DNA of 64,000 nucleotides, taken from contig CBDBCZ010000014.1 in the NCBI GenBank assembly GCA_965203295.1, positions 928,001 through 992,000 on the forward strand. Direction: 5' to 3'. The position numbers were made by a program, and so were the translations under genes. This DNA comes from Nitrospirales bacterium (GTDB taxonomy: Bacteria; Nitrospirota; Nitrospiria; Nitrospirales; UBA8639). Position 1 is the stretch's first letter; each line of letters begins with the position of its first letter. A model generated the notes under the pieces. That model saw nothing but the letters and a program-made list of their open reading frames with translations. It made no database searches and was not told where the DNA came from. Positions 40,801 to 53,210 of the stretch are shown here, piece by piece.

Positions 40801-41724
40801 ATTACGTACAGTTATGCAGACAAGCCTCAGTGCAGTGTAAAAACATTGTAAAATCATCTATAGACTTACATAATGTCGAACATCTTTTGATAGCCCAGGC
40901 CAGTAGTACTTCTTGGATACAATATCCAATGTTCGGTTGACACCAAAGTGGCTAGCATCATGTGTCGCAGAGATGATCCTATGACGCTTAGTGGCATCTT
41001 CAACCACCAGTCGGTTCTCATCTGCTCTACCTGTGCACATATGTAGTGAATTTGCATAACTTACAGATGTTTATATACAATCTATAGTGTATACTGCATC
41101 ATTGTACTTACCTCCAACATAGTAGAGATTCTCTTTTTTGACTGCAAAGTACTTTGATCTCTTCCTAATAGCTAGTTTGTCCTCTTTGGTGAATCCTTCA
41201 GGGTAGGACCTCATTGTAACATACTCGTAGATTTCACTATAGGAGAAGCGTCCTTCTCGCAAATTCGTAGATTCTTTCAGCGCAACTCGTTCATTCTCCG
41301 GGGATCGATCCATTTCGCATTGAGTCTTAGTGACATGTGACATGTACAGCAAGTGGCTTATATAGCGCCAGATGTCAAAGCATCCTTTCTAACGTATCTG
41401 TAGACTTATGACGCTTGACAGCACTTGACTTCCTTGATAGATTTAGATATGGGACATGCGTCCGTCAAACCCATGACCTTTAGCGTCGGTCAAAGCGCTA
41501 GAGTTAGCTACCATTGTATTGAACATGGACCCAGTAGGTCCATTAATATTTTAAAAGAGTTCAAAGCGTTATATTTCTTTGCTAGAGTTAGCTTCGGGAC
41601 AAGTATAAAGATCGCTGTTCATCCACGCAAAGGGGTCCCTAAAGTACCGCGGGGGTGCCCATTTTACCGGTAGATTAGGGACCCGGGGTCCCTAAATTCA
41701 TGGGGTCCCCAAAATTTTATGACA
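37823..41724 (-). mobile_element. Ginger1 DNA transposon
   Basis: TGTCA...TGACA termini (tgtcaaggtattttggggacccc / tgtcataaaattttggggacccc), 4-bp CCGG TSD at 37819-37822 and 41725-41728, subterminal ggggaccc/taccggt arrays, Gypsy-like integrase without RT or LTRs. Confidence 0.92.
38495..41313 (-). CDS. Ginger1 transposase, multi-exon: YPYY motif, H2C2 zinc finger, DDE integrase, GPY/F, Ulp1-like protease, PHD finger
   Basis: Exons with GT-AG borders (41313-41112, 41030-40870, 40789-40544, 40457-40327, 40262-40068, ...). Motifs: YPEGF..LYY; HDASHFG..YYWPGL..CDQCQ; GMDLIGPL..DYFSKW; ITDQGREF; SAYHPQ TNGLTERFNQTL; FLGPYTI; HWV..QQQEGMVDCGLFSIA; YCTCKMP..MVQCDDCDTWYHFKC..CPSC. One apparent frameshift near 38655. 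Confidence 0.88.
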
Positions 41725-42042
41725 CCGGTCAAACTTTAGCATTTGGAAAAGGTAAGGGCACTGTTCTGCAACTAACCATTCTTTTCCAACGACTCCGCCA
41801 CGATTTTAAACCCTGGGGTATACTCGTCTAAATTCTAAAAGCACTCCGCTGTAGACCAATTACATCGCTAGAAACATCCATTTAATTGTGCCTAGGTCTC
41901 CGCCCACGAAAAATCAAATTCTCCGGGTATTTCCGGTCGAAGCTAAAACGCGTGTTTGCAGTGCAAGAGGATGTTTTAAGCCAGTTTGCTTACCTGGCAA
42001 GCTCCAGTGGTGTAAATATCTAGCACTATTTTTTTGTCTCAC

Positions 42043-42229
42043 CTGAGTGGTGGTCTTGTAGTGTACTGTATGGTACTGCAAACTGTTTTGCTGCACTTCT
42101 GAGGCTCATCCCTTCTTGTACTGCCTTGAGGGCTGCCCGAATGGTCTGAAGGCGATTAATCTAAGCTTTGTAGGCGTGATGGAGGCTGATTGTGAATTTG
42201 CCGCCAAAACGTTCCGTTTTTTGGACATG
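42043..42229 (-). pseudogene. HTH_psq (Pipsqueak/CENP-B-type) DNA-binding domain remnant of a pogo-like transposase
   Basis: Minus-strand IRAALKAVQEGMSLRSAAKQFAVPYSTLQDHHS followed by a GTGAG donor; not listed in the ORF track. Confidence 0.72.
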
Positions 42230-42751
42230 CACAACTTTTTGTTAATAATATCCGTGACCTCCCACCCGATACTTCAAATGCAGACTCGCCCCGTGGGGTA
42301 AAGGAAAGGAAACATCAGGCCCCACCAGCAGTGTAAGCCTACATTAGCTGATATGCCTAAAGGTTCCGAAGTAGTTAGTGATTGCTTAGTATTTTTGCTA
42401 GACCCTCGTGAGTAAAGTTGTGTGCTGCCGAGGTGGGTGGAGCTCAGCCGACTGCAGAGGGGAAAAGCTGCCGATTCTGCGAAGTGCGAGGAGTAGTGCG
42501 GATACAACTGCACTTCCAGTACAAGTAGTAGTTACTCTCACTGCCACATAAGCGGGACTTCCAAAGAATCTATGTTCTGTGTTTGGTGGTGGCTACCGCG
42601 CGAGACTGACCGGAATTACCCCGTGACCGGAAATACCCCGCGCTACCTTACATGTACTGCTAACTTACAACTCCATAAAAAGTACACGTCACTCTTTGGC
42701 AACAAAAGCTGTGCGGAGGCCTGGAAACGAGGCTAGCTATCCCCACCTACT

Positions 42752-44131
42752 ACAGTCTATGGGATTTCCTGCAGTATCTCGACGGGAGAAGTGGGTCTAG
42801 GTATTCCTACACACTTCCAGTGTGCTTTGTTGGCTGTACAGTTGCCTATGTTTTAACGACTGGTGTACTACAGCCAGGTGCGTCATGTATGATCTAGTGC
42901 CAGGAGATTGCTGTGTAATTGCATGCCATAGAGCGATCCTAGGTGGGTACCAGTTCGGGTTAGCTAGCTAAACTATTACATGACTGTCAGATAAATGCTC
43001 ACGTTCATATATTGGATGTGAACCACATTGAGACTATCCTGTGGATCATCAAGTACAATCATATGGGTTAGGGCAAATTGTGAGAAGTTGAACTGTGGGT
43101 ATATATCAGTCTGAGCAGCATTCAAGTTTTGATGCTCACAGGGTACTTCATCTTCTCAGAACCTGCTTGAACCAGCCCTCTTTCAACTTTAACCATGGCG
43201 TGTCTGCGATAATCCACACCTAAAGGAGAGTTCATTAATATATAAACCATGGCCAGGAGGTGTACATGTATATCAGTGATATACTACCTGCAGTGGAGGT
43301 GTTTGGGAATATACCATGAGGGCCACAGGCCCAAGGTATAAACCTCTGAACACCAGCAAGTGGTATAGCAATGCTATTCACCGATTGGACATGGTTCATA
43401 TGTTATATATCATGTACAATCTTGATGAGGTGTAATCCTCCACAGTCTATGGGATTTCCTGCAGTATCTCGACGGGAGAAGTGGGTCTAGGTATTCCTAC
43501 ACACTTCCAGTGTGCTTTGTTGGCTGTACAGTTGCCTATGTTTTAACGACTGGTGTACTACAGCCAGGTGCGTCATGTATGATCTAGTGCCAGGAGATTG
43601 CTGTGTAATTGCATGCCATAGAGCGATGCTAGGTGGGTACCAGTTCGGGTTAGCTAGCTAAACTATTACATGACTGTCAGATAAATGCTCATGTTCATAT
43701 ATTGGATGTGAACCACATTGAGACTATCCTGTGGATCATCAAGTACAATCATATGGGTTAGGGCAAATTGTGAGAAGTTGAACTGTGGGTATATATCAGT
43801 CTGAGCAGCATTCAAGTTTTGATGCTCACAGGGTACTTCATCTTCTCAGAACCTGCTTGAACCAGCCCTCTTTCAACTTTAACCATGGCGTGTCTATGAT
43901 AATCCACACCTAAAGGAGAGTTCATTAATATATAAACCATGGCCAGGAGGTGTACATGTATATCAGTGATATACTACCTGCAGTGGAGGTGTTTGGGAAT
44001 ATACCATGAGGGCCACAGGCCCAAGGTATAAACCTCTGAACACCAGCAAGTGGTATAGCAATGCTATTCACCGATTGGACATGGTTCATATGTTATATAT
44101 CATGTAGAATCTTGATGAGGTGTAATCCTCC
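42752..44131 (+). repeat. 690-bp head-to-tail tandem duplication
   Basis: 42752-43441 repeated at 43442-44131 with about five substitutions. Confidence 0.95.
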
Positions 44132-45267
44132 ATAGCAACATGGTATACTCCCACATATGGTCATAAACTACTTTACACCTTGAGCATCTGTTGGTAGATC
44201 TGCAATAGCCACTGAACCTGCTTGAGTGCTCCTGAAACCCACTTTAACCGCTTAGCGTACTCAAATTCTATTTCAGGACCTCTACTGTCTTCTGTTCTAC
44301 TCCATTCTATGCATTCCTATTCCATAAGGCTTGTTATGGTGTGCCAAAGTATTGCAAACTGATTTTTTTTCGTAGTTTGGGTATATACAATTGCACGAGG
44401 CATGAAATGACACTCCATATATAAACTCTCTGCATTGTGTCATTACAGATATAGATTCATGGCGACATGGACACACTTGTTACCGTGCATATATGTATGT
44501 GAGTACCTTTGGTTACATCTTTGAAGGTATACTCCCACCTCTTGAGATCATTCCAACAACCAGCAATTCAAATGTATACCTAGTTGATGTGGGGAGAAGT
44601 TTGCTGTAGAATGCCGCTCTGAAGGAAATTTCAGTAGCAATGTAACATGGTACTACGCAAATAATAAACCAGGTAATTGCTGTACCAAACACAGTTGATT
44701 ATTCACAGTTGTAAGAATTGAGCCAAAGTTCAACCTCCATCATTCATTGGTTGCATAAAAGAAAATACCATGTGAGTCTGGATAGCACACCAGTTTCTCA
44801 GCACACCACTGGTGTGCTGTGAAGAGAAGTGTGCAGGGCACACTATCATTGTAATCCAGTGTGTACTGCACACCACTTGTGTTTTTACAAGTGGTCATAG
44901 CACACTAATTTTAAGAGGTGTGCTGCACAGCCGCTATCATGCCACTGACTGTATGAGAATAGGACAGGTATGATCTTCATACGTGCTGCAATAATTTCTG
45001 TGAGACTGCGCTGGGTACTGCATCACAGCAGGTGTGCACAATGACATAGAGAGGTAGAAGGGAGTCGGAATGGGAAGCTCTCATGCGAAAAGTCAATTTT
45101 TTTCCCACAGGAGATATTATGAGCACACAGTCAGGACTAGCCTTGTTCTCATTCCTATCCACCCCAGCCTCAAGATAAAAGCTGGGATTGGCAGGACTGG
45201 GAACAAGGATAGTCAGGAGAGCCTTGAAACAGTAGGTTATGGCTGTGTAGCAAAGCGATACTATGCC

Positions 45268-47656
45268 CTAAATAATCAGTAATCCCAACAAGGCCAGTGA
45301 CAAGTCACTAATGCCACCATGACTAAAACTAGCAGCCAGTGGAAGGAAGACACGATCAGCTATTGTCAGGTCACAAACTTTATATGCAAAGTTTTCAAAT
45401 AACTGGCTAAGGGTGTTACTTGGGGCATGCAATAACGGAATGCTGAGCATTGTTTCTAAAGTTTCGGGATCCAGGATCAGCCGAAGTCAGCTATATTACA
45501 TTTCTCACTCTAACTCTTCACATGAAGGTACTCCTACCCACCCATACCATACATTTACCATGAGCACACCACTGCAATACTTACAGTTGCCATCTGTACC
45601 TCCAGTTCCAACTAAATGAAGAAAAGAAAGGCAATTAACATTAACTTCCTATAACTCTGTATGCCTTATAGTCAAGAGTTAGGTAGGTAAAAGGCCTGAA
45701 CATTTTGCCTAATGAGTTGTGCGAAGGGAATTGCCAACTGATTGTAAAATGTGTGAACGGCAGGTCCTACGACATTGACCACGTTTTGTTTGTGTGCGTG
45801 CATTTCGTCATGTGTGCAATACAACGTATGGCACACCCTGGTCTGCTACTATGCAACTAGTCCACTAGCAGGTTTGTAGGCCAAACGAGTTTAGTTTTCT
45901 GTTTCCTAGACATTGAAAAAGTAATATGCGACATAATATATTGCACACATGACGGGCTTGGATACATAGACAGACAAACAGACAAATGCATAAAATGTGA
46001 AACCCTATAGAACGAGCTGTTCACAAACTTCATGCACACCCTGCTGGTTGGGCTATGCACTTCATACCAGTAGGGAGACCAACACTCCACCCCTGATAAC
46101 CATATTGCATGGCAGGTATATACTCCTTGGCTTGATACCATACCACCCTGGCCCCACTTGTATTCATGTTCCACTGCCAAGGATACATAATCTGGACATA
46201 CATGTACCAGTGGTAGAAGAGCTAGTGGGAGTAGTAGTAGTAGCAGCAGTAGTAGCAGCAGTAGTAGTAGTAGGTTCAGGAGTGGTAGAAGCATCTATAA
46301 AAAAAAAAAACGGAAAGGTAAATTCACCTCTTGCAATGTTAATCTAGCTTGCAAAGGGGACAGTGCCACATCTACTAACATTCAATATACTTGCACTAAA
46401 CTTAATATCTACAATGCTTTATGTACGTACCACACAAGCTGCAAATGAGTACAGAAAGATTAATTGTCACATCGTAAAAAGTAAATGATTGGGTTTGTAG
46501 CATATTTACTGCTATAGTTATACGACAATGGCCAGTAGTTAGGTTAGTCATTTGGCAGTGATGTAGAGACTAGTGATACGGTATTACTACTCAGTCTTGC
46601 ACCACAGACAGTTGATTGTAACTTGAAAAAATCTTGAGAGTTGGTGAGACATTAAAATTTCCCCAAAAGCACCACTAAAGCTGGGAGACTCATGAATACA
46701 GACAGACTGATCACACTGGGGGACTGACTATCATGTGACTTTCAGCAGCCATGGTGCTGTAGAAGCTGTATCACTACGACATGTAAGTGGTTCACTAGTC
46801 AATATATGCTGGTGCTCATATGCATATGAATTACACGTATGCAAGCGCTAAAGCATGGGAGCTGTAGTCAGCCTACCTACAGTCCAGGAGACTACTGCAT
46901 ACATGTACTACTCAGTGATTGCCAACTAAGATTTTATTTGCAGTGATTCTACTGCATAAAAAGTGATAGCAAAAAATGATCAATACAATGTGATAGAGCT
47001 CACCATGTAATATGTTACACTACAGATGATGTAATGCACTATCCACTAGCATCCTGATAATTTAAAATCTGCCATTACTCATTTTTGGCTTTTAAATTAA
47101 CTACTATACACTATGCTAAGATGCTCAGCAATCATACACTGTATGCTTAGCCTCGTTCACAGGCTCTACCCCCCCCAGCTTTTTATAGTGCAAAAAAGCT
47201 GTGGGAGTTGAGCCTGGGAACAAGGCTACCGTATGCTAGCAACACAACTCTGTACAAACTTACTGATCGTGACATGAAAGGTTTTGCTCAATGTGCCAAC
47301 CGAGTTTGTGATGGGGTCATAAACATCGATGAATGCAGTGTAGACTCCTGAGTTAGATTCATCAAGTTGTTTTTGCACTGAAAAATCATATGTATTTTGT
47401 GTTTCACCCTGTACGACAGTTCCTTCTTCAGAATCTGTACATGGAGAAGAGTCTAGGTTACTGCAGGAATACATCAGTCCGCTTGAAATCCGGGCCTCTC
47501 CACGATATAACAGTGAGCGTCTGACTTCTTGAAGTTGTCCAAAACTACCACCATCAACATACTCAACATTAGTGTTAAATATAACAGTTCCAGGGGAAGC
47601 TGTAAATGTCTCCTGACAAGGAGTTGATGAGTCACAGCCTCGGTACTGTGCTCTGG
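45268..47656 (-). CDS. 5'-partial cell-surface protein: Ig-like domain, Thr/Ser-rich stalk, hydrophobic C-terminus (possible GPI signal)
   Basis: Phase-1 exons 47656-47264 (393 nt; YDFSVQKQLDESNSGVYTAFI), 46294-46208 (87 nt; ASTTPEPTTTTAATT), 45611-45585 (27 nt) and 45359-45268 (..LSLALLGLLII*), all with AG/GT borders and a continuous frame. First exon not found. Confidence 0.75.
47148..47228. mobile_element. Short TAG...CTA hairpin MITE with ~9-bp TSD
   Basis: tagcctcgttcacaggctc ... gagcctgggaacaaggcta; flanks ctgtatgct / ccgtatgct. Confidence 0.75.
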
Positions 47657-47748
<92 letters not shown>

Positions 47749-49177
47749 AAAATGTACATGTCACAGTAGTATTATGCTAAGAATAATATTACAGCTGACA
47801 CATCAGTTTGAATTCATGCTCCTCCCCAGAGGCAGGTAGATTAACAGTCATGGCTCACCACTACTGAAGAATAATTATTAAGACTTGCAATGAACTGTTA
47901 CAGCATCATTGTCAGAGGGGGATGCAAAGGCTTGCTCAGCAGGAATACATGTACCATTCACCGAAATTTCTGTAGCTACTCACTGGCATGGCTAATCTCC
48001 ACCCCTTTACTCAACAATAGTGGATATTCCGGGGGTAGATTGTCATCAGCCTCATTCTCAGGTTTGCATACACATAGCCACATATAATAAAGCACAGGCT
48101 ATAGGCAAATTCTTGCACAGCTAGTGCACCGTGTATCGTGGCACAACTGCTGCTATGTGCAATCAATAAGATTAATTAGTCACGGGTTTCTACCCTCAGT
48201 TTCATTTTTCCTATATTCATAAAGGGAAATAACTAGTAAATTGAGCTCACTGAAATGCAATTATAATGAAAAGCACTGAAGTACTAAACCCTCGGCACAG
48301 CTGGCTAACTGCAAGATTTTGGAATTCACTGAATGAATTTAGTCCTGTTGAGACAGCTAATTATATAATGCCCTATACATGACGAGTCAGGTATTCAAAC
48401 TTCCTGAAAATACGTACATTAGTTTACATGAAGTTAACCTAGTTCATTCACGTGAGTGTGCATGTTATATCAATGCGTGTGTCCTCTGCAGCCGATGAGG
48501 TTCATGGTAAGTTATTCTATTGTTGTGTTGTAGGCTTATAGTGTTTAATGTGAAACGTAAATTGTCAAAAATCATTGCAGTTTTGATATTATAATCACAA
48601 TCACAGTCTGAAGTTAACAGAACAGTTACAGAACAGCTCAATGGTATAGATAGATAGATAAACATTTTTACATCACACCACAGGGGCAGCAGTATATAAC
48701 AAAATCAAATGAGTATAAGATCCAACGCACGTGTTTCGTCCTAAGTCTCGTGCCCAGACCCAGATTTGATGCCATGCGCGCGTGAGAGGCGTGTCTGACC
48801 CACATACAGAGAGCTACATGCTTTGGAAGCCACTTCCACAAAGCTGAGAGTTATAGCTAATTTTGGTGAGGCCGCCCTTGTTATAAAGCGTTGTAATTTT
48901 TTTATATTTTAGCCTCTTTTCATTCCTGAGCACTTATGTTAAACTCCATAATCTGCTCTGTATTCCATATACCCTACACATTTTGAGAGACACTGTTTTT
49001 TAGGTAATAAAGTAATTTAAAGTGGTTGCAATCATTTTAAAATTCAATTGTTTTCTGAATCTACTTTTTTGTTTGGAGCACTGTAGCTACAATACATATT
49101 TCAAACTAGCATGAACGGATACATTAAACAAACAAACTGATTGAAAATATGCCTACCCCTTTTACAATATGACTCAC

Positions 49178-49300
49178 TTGTGCAATTCACTGCATCCCCT
49201 TCATATCCAGTGACACATGTACAGTTGAAGCTTCCTTCAGTGTCTGAGAAAATTGCATTTATGTCACAGTTATCAGCGCCTCTTACACATTCATCAATGT
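49178..49300 (-). pseudogene. Isolated calcium-binding EGF-domain exon, degenerate
   Basis: IDECVRGADNCDINAIFSDTEGSFNCTCVTGYEGDAVNCT then a GTGAGT donor; third Cys replaced by Phe and no AG at the expected acceptor. Confidence 0.75.
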
Positions 49301-50227
49301 GTGCATGGAGTGAAATGCAGTAGAGAATATAGATTGATAAGCTTCTTTAGGGGCACTGAGGACTGCTGCTGCAATCTTCTGAAATACGAATAGATATATT
49401 GTGCCCACCCCTCTAATCAGTATAATTATCTTAACAGATATCATTCTTGTGCAATTAGTGTCACTCTCTCACAGCCATGAATACAGCTACAGCTAAAGTT
49501 ACATGTTACATCACAGGAGAGTGCATATGTAGTTGAGTCTTTCTAGTTGACACTTTCAAGAAGCATAGTAAACATTGTTAAGAGTGACCTAAAATAAGTC
49601 AAAATCATTTCTTATCATGACAGATGTTGTCGAGCGGTTATAAAACTCTACATAATTCAATAACGCCATAGAACCTTGTTTCTAGGTGACAAATATGCAA
49701 GCAATGTTGACTAAGTATTAGCTTTCCAGGACATCTGATTGCTAAATGCTTTCATCTTGGTTATGCAATGTTACTATGTACAGTACAGTCATTAGAACAG
49801 CTAGCTATATAGTGAGCTAGTCTGGTATCTACGTCAGATGTGTGAAAGCACTATACTCAGACATTCATGGAAGTATAAAAGATGCTGTTGTAGGCTCACT
49901 TTATGATCTTGCAGTCACTACGTATATGGTAGTGGCTGCCGAGAATGCTGGCAATGTGAAAGGATTACCAACACATTTCTACACTCCTCTTTAGTACCAT
50001 TCCCATACCACTAAAGTATATCAAGGTTTCTGTACATGTGTTCCGTGTATCAACCGCAGAGGAATGCGGCCAATAGTTTGGGAGGAAGAACTGCATATCT
50101 AGACGTCTTTTCCCAGCAGCACGCACATTCACAATTCAACACGCATTATAACTTACGTACTTACCCAAATCCAACTCCCCCAAGCGATTGAAACGGCCGG
50201 TAAACACCTTTTCTACTAGCAGTTTTT

Positions 50228-50370
50228 ATTAGCAACCAAGAAGCATGCACTAACTCCTTTGCTACTTTTAGTTCAGGTTTAGAAAAGTCAATCCTTTTCT
50301 ACTAATTTGACTTTTCCAAACCTGAACTAAAAGTAGCAAAGGAGTTAGTGCATGCTTCTTGGTTGCTAAT
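50228..50370. repeat. Near-perfect palindrome, ~64-bp arms with ~15-nt loop
   Basis: attagcaaccaagaagcatgcactaactcctttgctacttttagttcaggtttagaaaagtcaa followed by its reverse complement with one mismatch. Confidence 0.92.
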
Positions 50371-50458
50371 TAAAATTGTTCTGCCCTCTGATAATTTCAT
50401 ACTTGCAAGCTTACGTCTAAGTATGAGCTGGCGGTGCTCTACTAGCACCATGCAGTAC

Positions 50459-50521
50459 TAGCCTCGGTCCCAGGCTCTCTGCAAGCAACGAAAGCTGGAT
50501 GAGAGCCTGGGTTCGAGGCTA
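50459..50521. mobile_element. Short TAG...CTA hairpin MITE
   Basis: tagcctcggtcccaggctctc ... gagagcctgggttcgaggcta. Confidence 0.72.
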
Positions 50522-51436
50522 CGTACATTACTACCTCTATTTGATGAGTTGGTTTAGTCAGTGAAGATATGCAAATAGACATTGTGTTTTTCTTAGCACA
50601 GGTGGGTAGTATTTTTCCTGGAATACATAGGTGTCACACCTTAAGGTAGCCCATGCATTGCTAATGAACTCTTTTCTTGGAAAATGTGGGTGTTACATGA
50701 GCACTCCATATTATAGTACATGCTCACTTGTACTACCAAAAGGAATGCACATGATTGTGTAACACCTGCTTATTCCAGGAAAAGTAGACAACCACAATGT
50801 CTGCAATAAAACTGCATATAATAAATACTTACTATATAAATAATTAAACTAGAGGGGTGTTAACACTAAATACCTGAAATTTTTATTGTAGGAGGTGGTG
50901 TGTGTAGAGATAGCAGGGATGATCGCCTCAATAGTTGTATAATAATGTGACATTTTATTTTCATTTTCATGTTCATTGAACAATATAAGCATAGCAATAC
51001 TAGCTACAAGTTGTGTGCATATTTAATTTTCTGCTAACTAAGCTGAAGGCATGGATAGCATTGCCACTTACTAAAATAAACTATTATAACCTTGTACTAA
51101 TTGGTAATAAAAGTGGGAACATTCTTGCTATCTAGGTACAATGAACCTTTGTTATGATGTAATGGGGGTTGCAAAGTCACATTATTGTACGTATGTCATG
51201 CAGTACATTACTACACAGGCTAGCTACATGTACATGCACGTACGTTTCTTGGAATAAATGTGCACGCTGCATCATTGAAGGGCGGTCTAACCTCCTACCA
51301 TATATGACTTCTTGCCCAGATCTATCTTGCAGCAATTTTACCCAACTGATAACTGCAAGATGAATTATCTGGGTTGTGCACAATGTTTGAACGCCCTAAA
51401 ACGTAGGATAACTACATGTATGTATAATATTCTAAT

Positions 51437-51610
51437 GTCGCTGCCGTAGCACTTATGCCATTGACCACACACCCACATACACAGGCAGAGCTTGTAACAT
51501 CTCCAGTCAGAAGACAAGAGGAAGAGCAATCAGATGTTACAACATCCTGATCACTATATCTTCTTAGTATCCAGATTAATAATACATCTTAACTAGTCTT
51601 AAATAAGCCT
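51437..51610. repeat. Dispersed repeat, second copy at ~56048-56230; possibly a retroelement 3' tail
   Basis: gccattgaccacacacccacatacacaggcagagcttgtaacatctccagtc closely matches 56068-56120. Confidence 0.7.
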
Positions 51611-52529
51611 TATAATTATGCCTGTATATTTTCTGTTGTTTGAGCGCAGTGAATTAAATGGAAAATGCGCTCTCATTGTTGCATGCGCAGTTAGCTAGAG
51701 CTAAGCAACTGCCAGTGTGGCGAAAAATTCCAACTGGTTGCTACTAGGCTGGGCTGTGGGTATATAAGCTTATGCTGGGGCTGCTTGGAGCATCTCTCGG
51801 CAGCAGCAGCAGTGAAGTGAAGGATTGTGGTGGGAGTATATATAATACAGTAGTCATGTGGAGTGTTTTTTTTCCCTGCTGAGGTACATCGGGCTGTGAA
51901 AGCCTGACCTCCATCTACTGAGACCGTATGGAGTTTGACAGCCGTCTTGAGCTGGTGGCAAGACTTCTGTATGCTGAGCGCACCTACGGAGGCTGTATGG
52001 AGTTGACACCAGTGCAGAGACGGTTCTAGAAGCAAAGTGCATGTCCAGAGACCGTATGGAGTGGACAATTGTGCATTCATTTTGTGTGTGTGTTGCTGTG
52101 TGTTGCTGGGAGGTTTTGTTTACTTTGGTTTTTTCACCTCACTGTTTTTCCTCACATGTTGAGGTTTTTTAAGTGATGGTGTTTTTTCCCCTGCGCACAC
52201 TGGCCATGTGTCCTAAATATGTTGTGCCCACATTACTCCTTGTTTAGCCCATCCCAGCCTATTTTATGTACAAGTAGCTAGTTTTGTGGTGTACAGTTGA
52301 CTTGTTTTGCGGTACAAGTTGGGCACTATCAACAATTTGCTGGCTGTCAGCTCTCAACTGTCATGCTGCCTGGTCCAACCATAATGTATTCTTCGAAATG
52401 AGAGGTCCCAAATCTCACACCCTAAAAACAGAGGCTGTTTTCTTAAAATTATTGAGCGTACTAAATTCTTCAGAGCTCCCCCCCCTCAAAAGATTTCTAA
52501 TGGTATCATACACAGGACACTGCCAGAGC

Positions 52530-53210
52530 AAATGCAAAATTTTGTACTTCAAAGTTTCCAAGAAAGCGTTAAAACCTTCTGAGACTTCTTCAAGGCAGAG
52601 GTTAAATGAATCTATTGGCAAAGTAAAGATTAACAGCTAGCGTCTACTGATGAATCAGGTAGTCCTCACAAACAGACACTTTAGTTCTTGTTCCAAAATC
52701 TGGCTCCAGGTGGACCAAATTTAAAAGGCCTAGCTACTTGATGTAGATGACCAGCTGCAAGTTAGAGACTCAGGTACTTTCCTTAATGGCCCCACTTTAC
52801 AAACCTCATGGACTCACAGGATCCTCTTTCAATCTCTTCTGGTGTGTCTGGGTCATCCTGTGAGAAAGGGGGTATATTACGTACATATATGTATGCACAA
52901 TCATATAGTCTGAGTATGTGCCTACACATACACTGCAACAGTAGCTATGATGGTACATGTATACAGATAATGCTACATGCTATCAATATATACCGGTACT
53001 ATTATATTGTCTATCATTTGAATGCATTCAATGGTGTGTTCACATGTTAGGCATTGTAGTTGTTCCAGTGCTGGTGCTAGCCATATTGGTTAGGCTGTGA
53101 TTGGTTACCAGAGTGCTGCAGCGGGAGCTTTAAAGTAGTACAGCTTGGCTGGTAGCATTATCACAGCTGCTGGCAAAGCTGACCGAAAATTTCCATAGTT
53201 CATGGTAGTT
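52530..53210 (+). repeat. Segmental direct repeat, copy 1 (copy 2 at 63311-64000)
   Basis: Near-identical sequence, e.g. shared ORF start MDSQDPLSISSGVSGSSCEKGG at 52808 and 63589. Confidence 0.95.

Larger units (their letters stand above)
37801..42648 (-). mobile_element. Non-autonomous pogo/Tc1-mariner-like element (TA TSD) interrupted by the Ginger element
   Basis: TA|AGGTAACATGGGGTAATTCCGG(TC) at 37799 and GACCGGAAATACCCCGCGCTACCT|TA ending at 42650; internal HTH_psq remnant. Confidence 0.78.

Noticed and set aside
38495..41313. Gypsy LTR retrotransposon or host GIN1 gene
   Set aside because: No RT, RNase H or LTRs; TIRs and a 4-bp TSD show a Ginger DNA transposon.
44785..44925. CACTA-like subterminal repeats (gcacacca motifs)
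   Set aside because: Only one possible end, with no partner TIR or TSD; too weak to call.
45857..46294. Poly-Leu signal-peptide ORF
   Set aside because: Wrong frame of the 87-nt Thr-rich exon, read through into the intron.
47859..47910. Candidate signal-peptide exon for the Ig-like gene
   Set aside because: A GTGAG donor is present, but the required phase-1 frame contains TAA stops.
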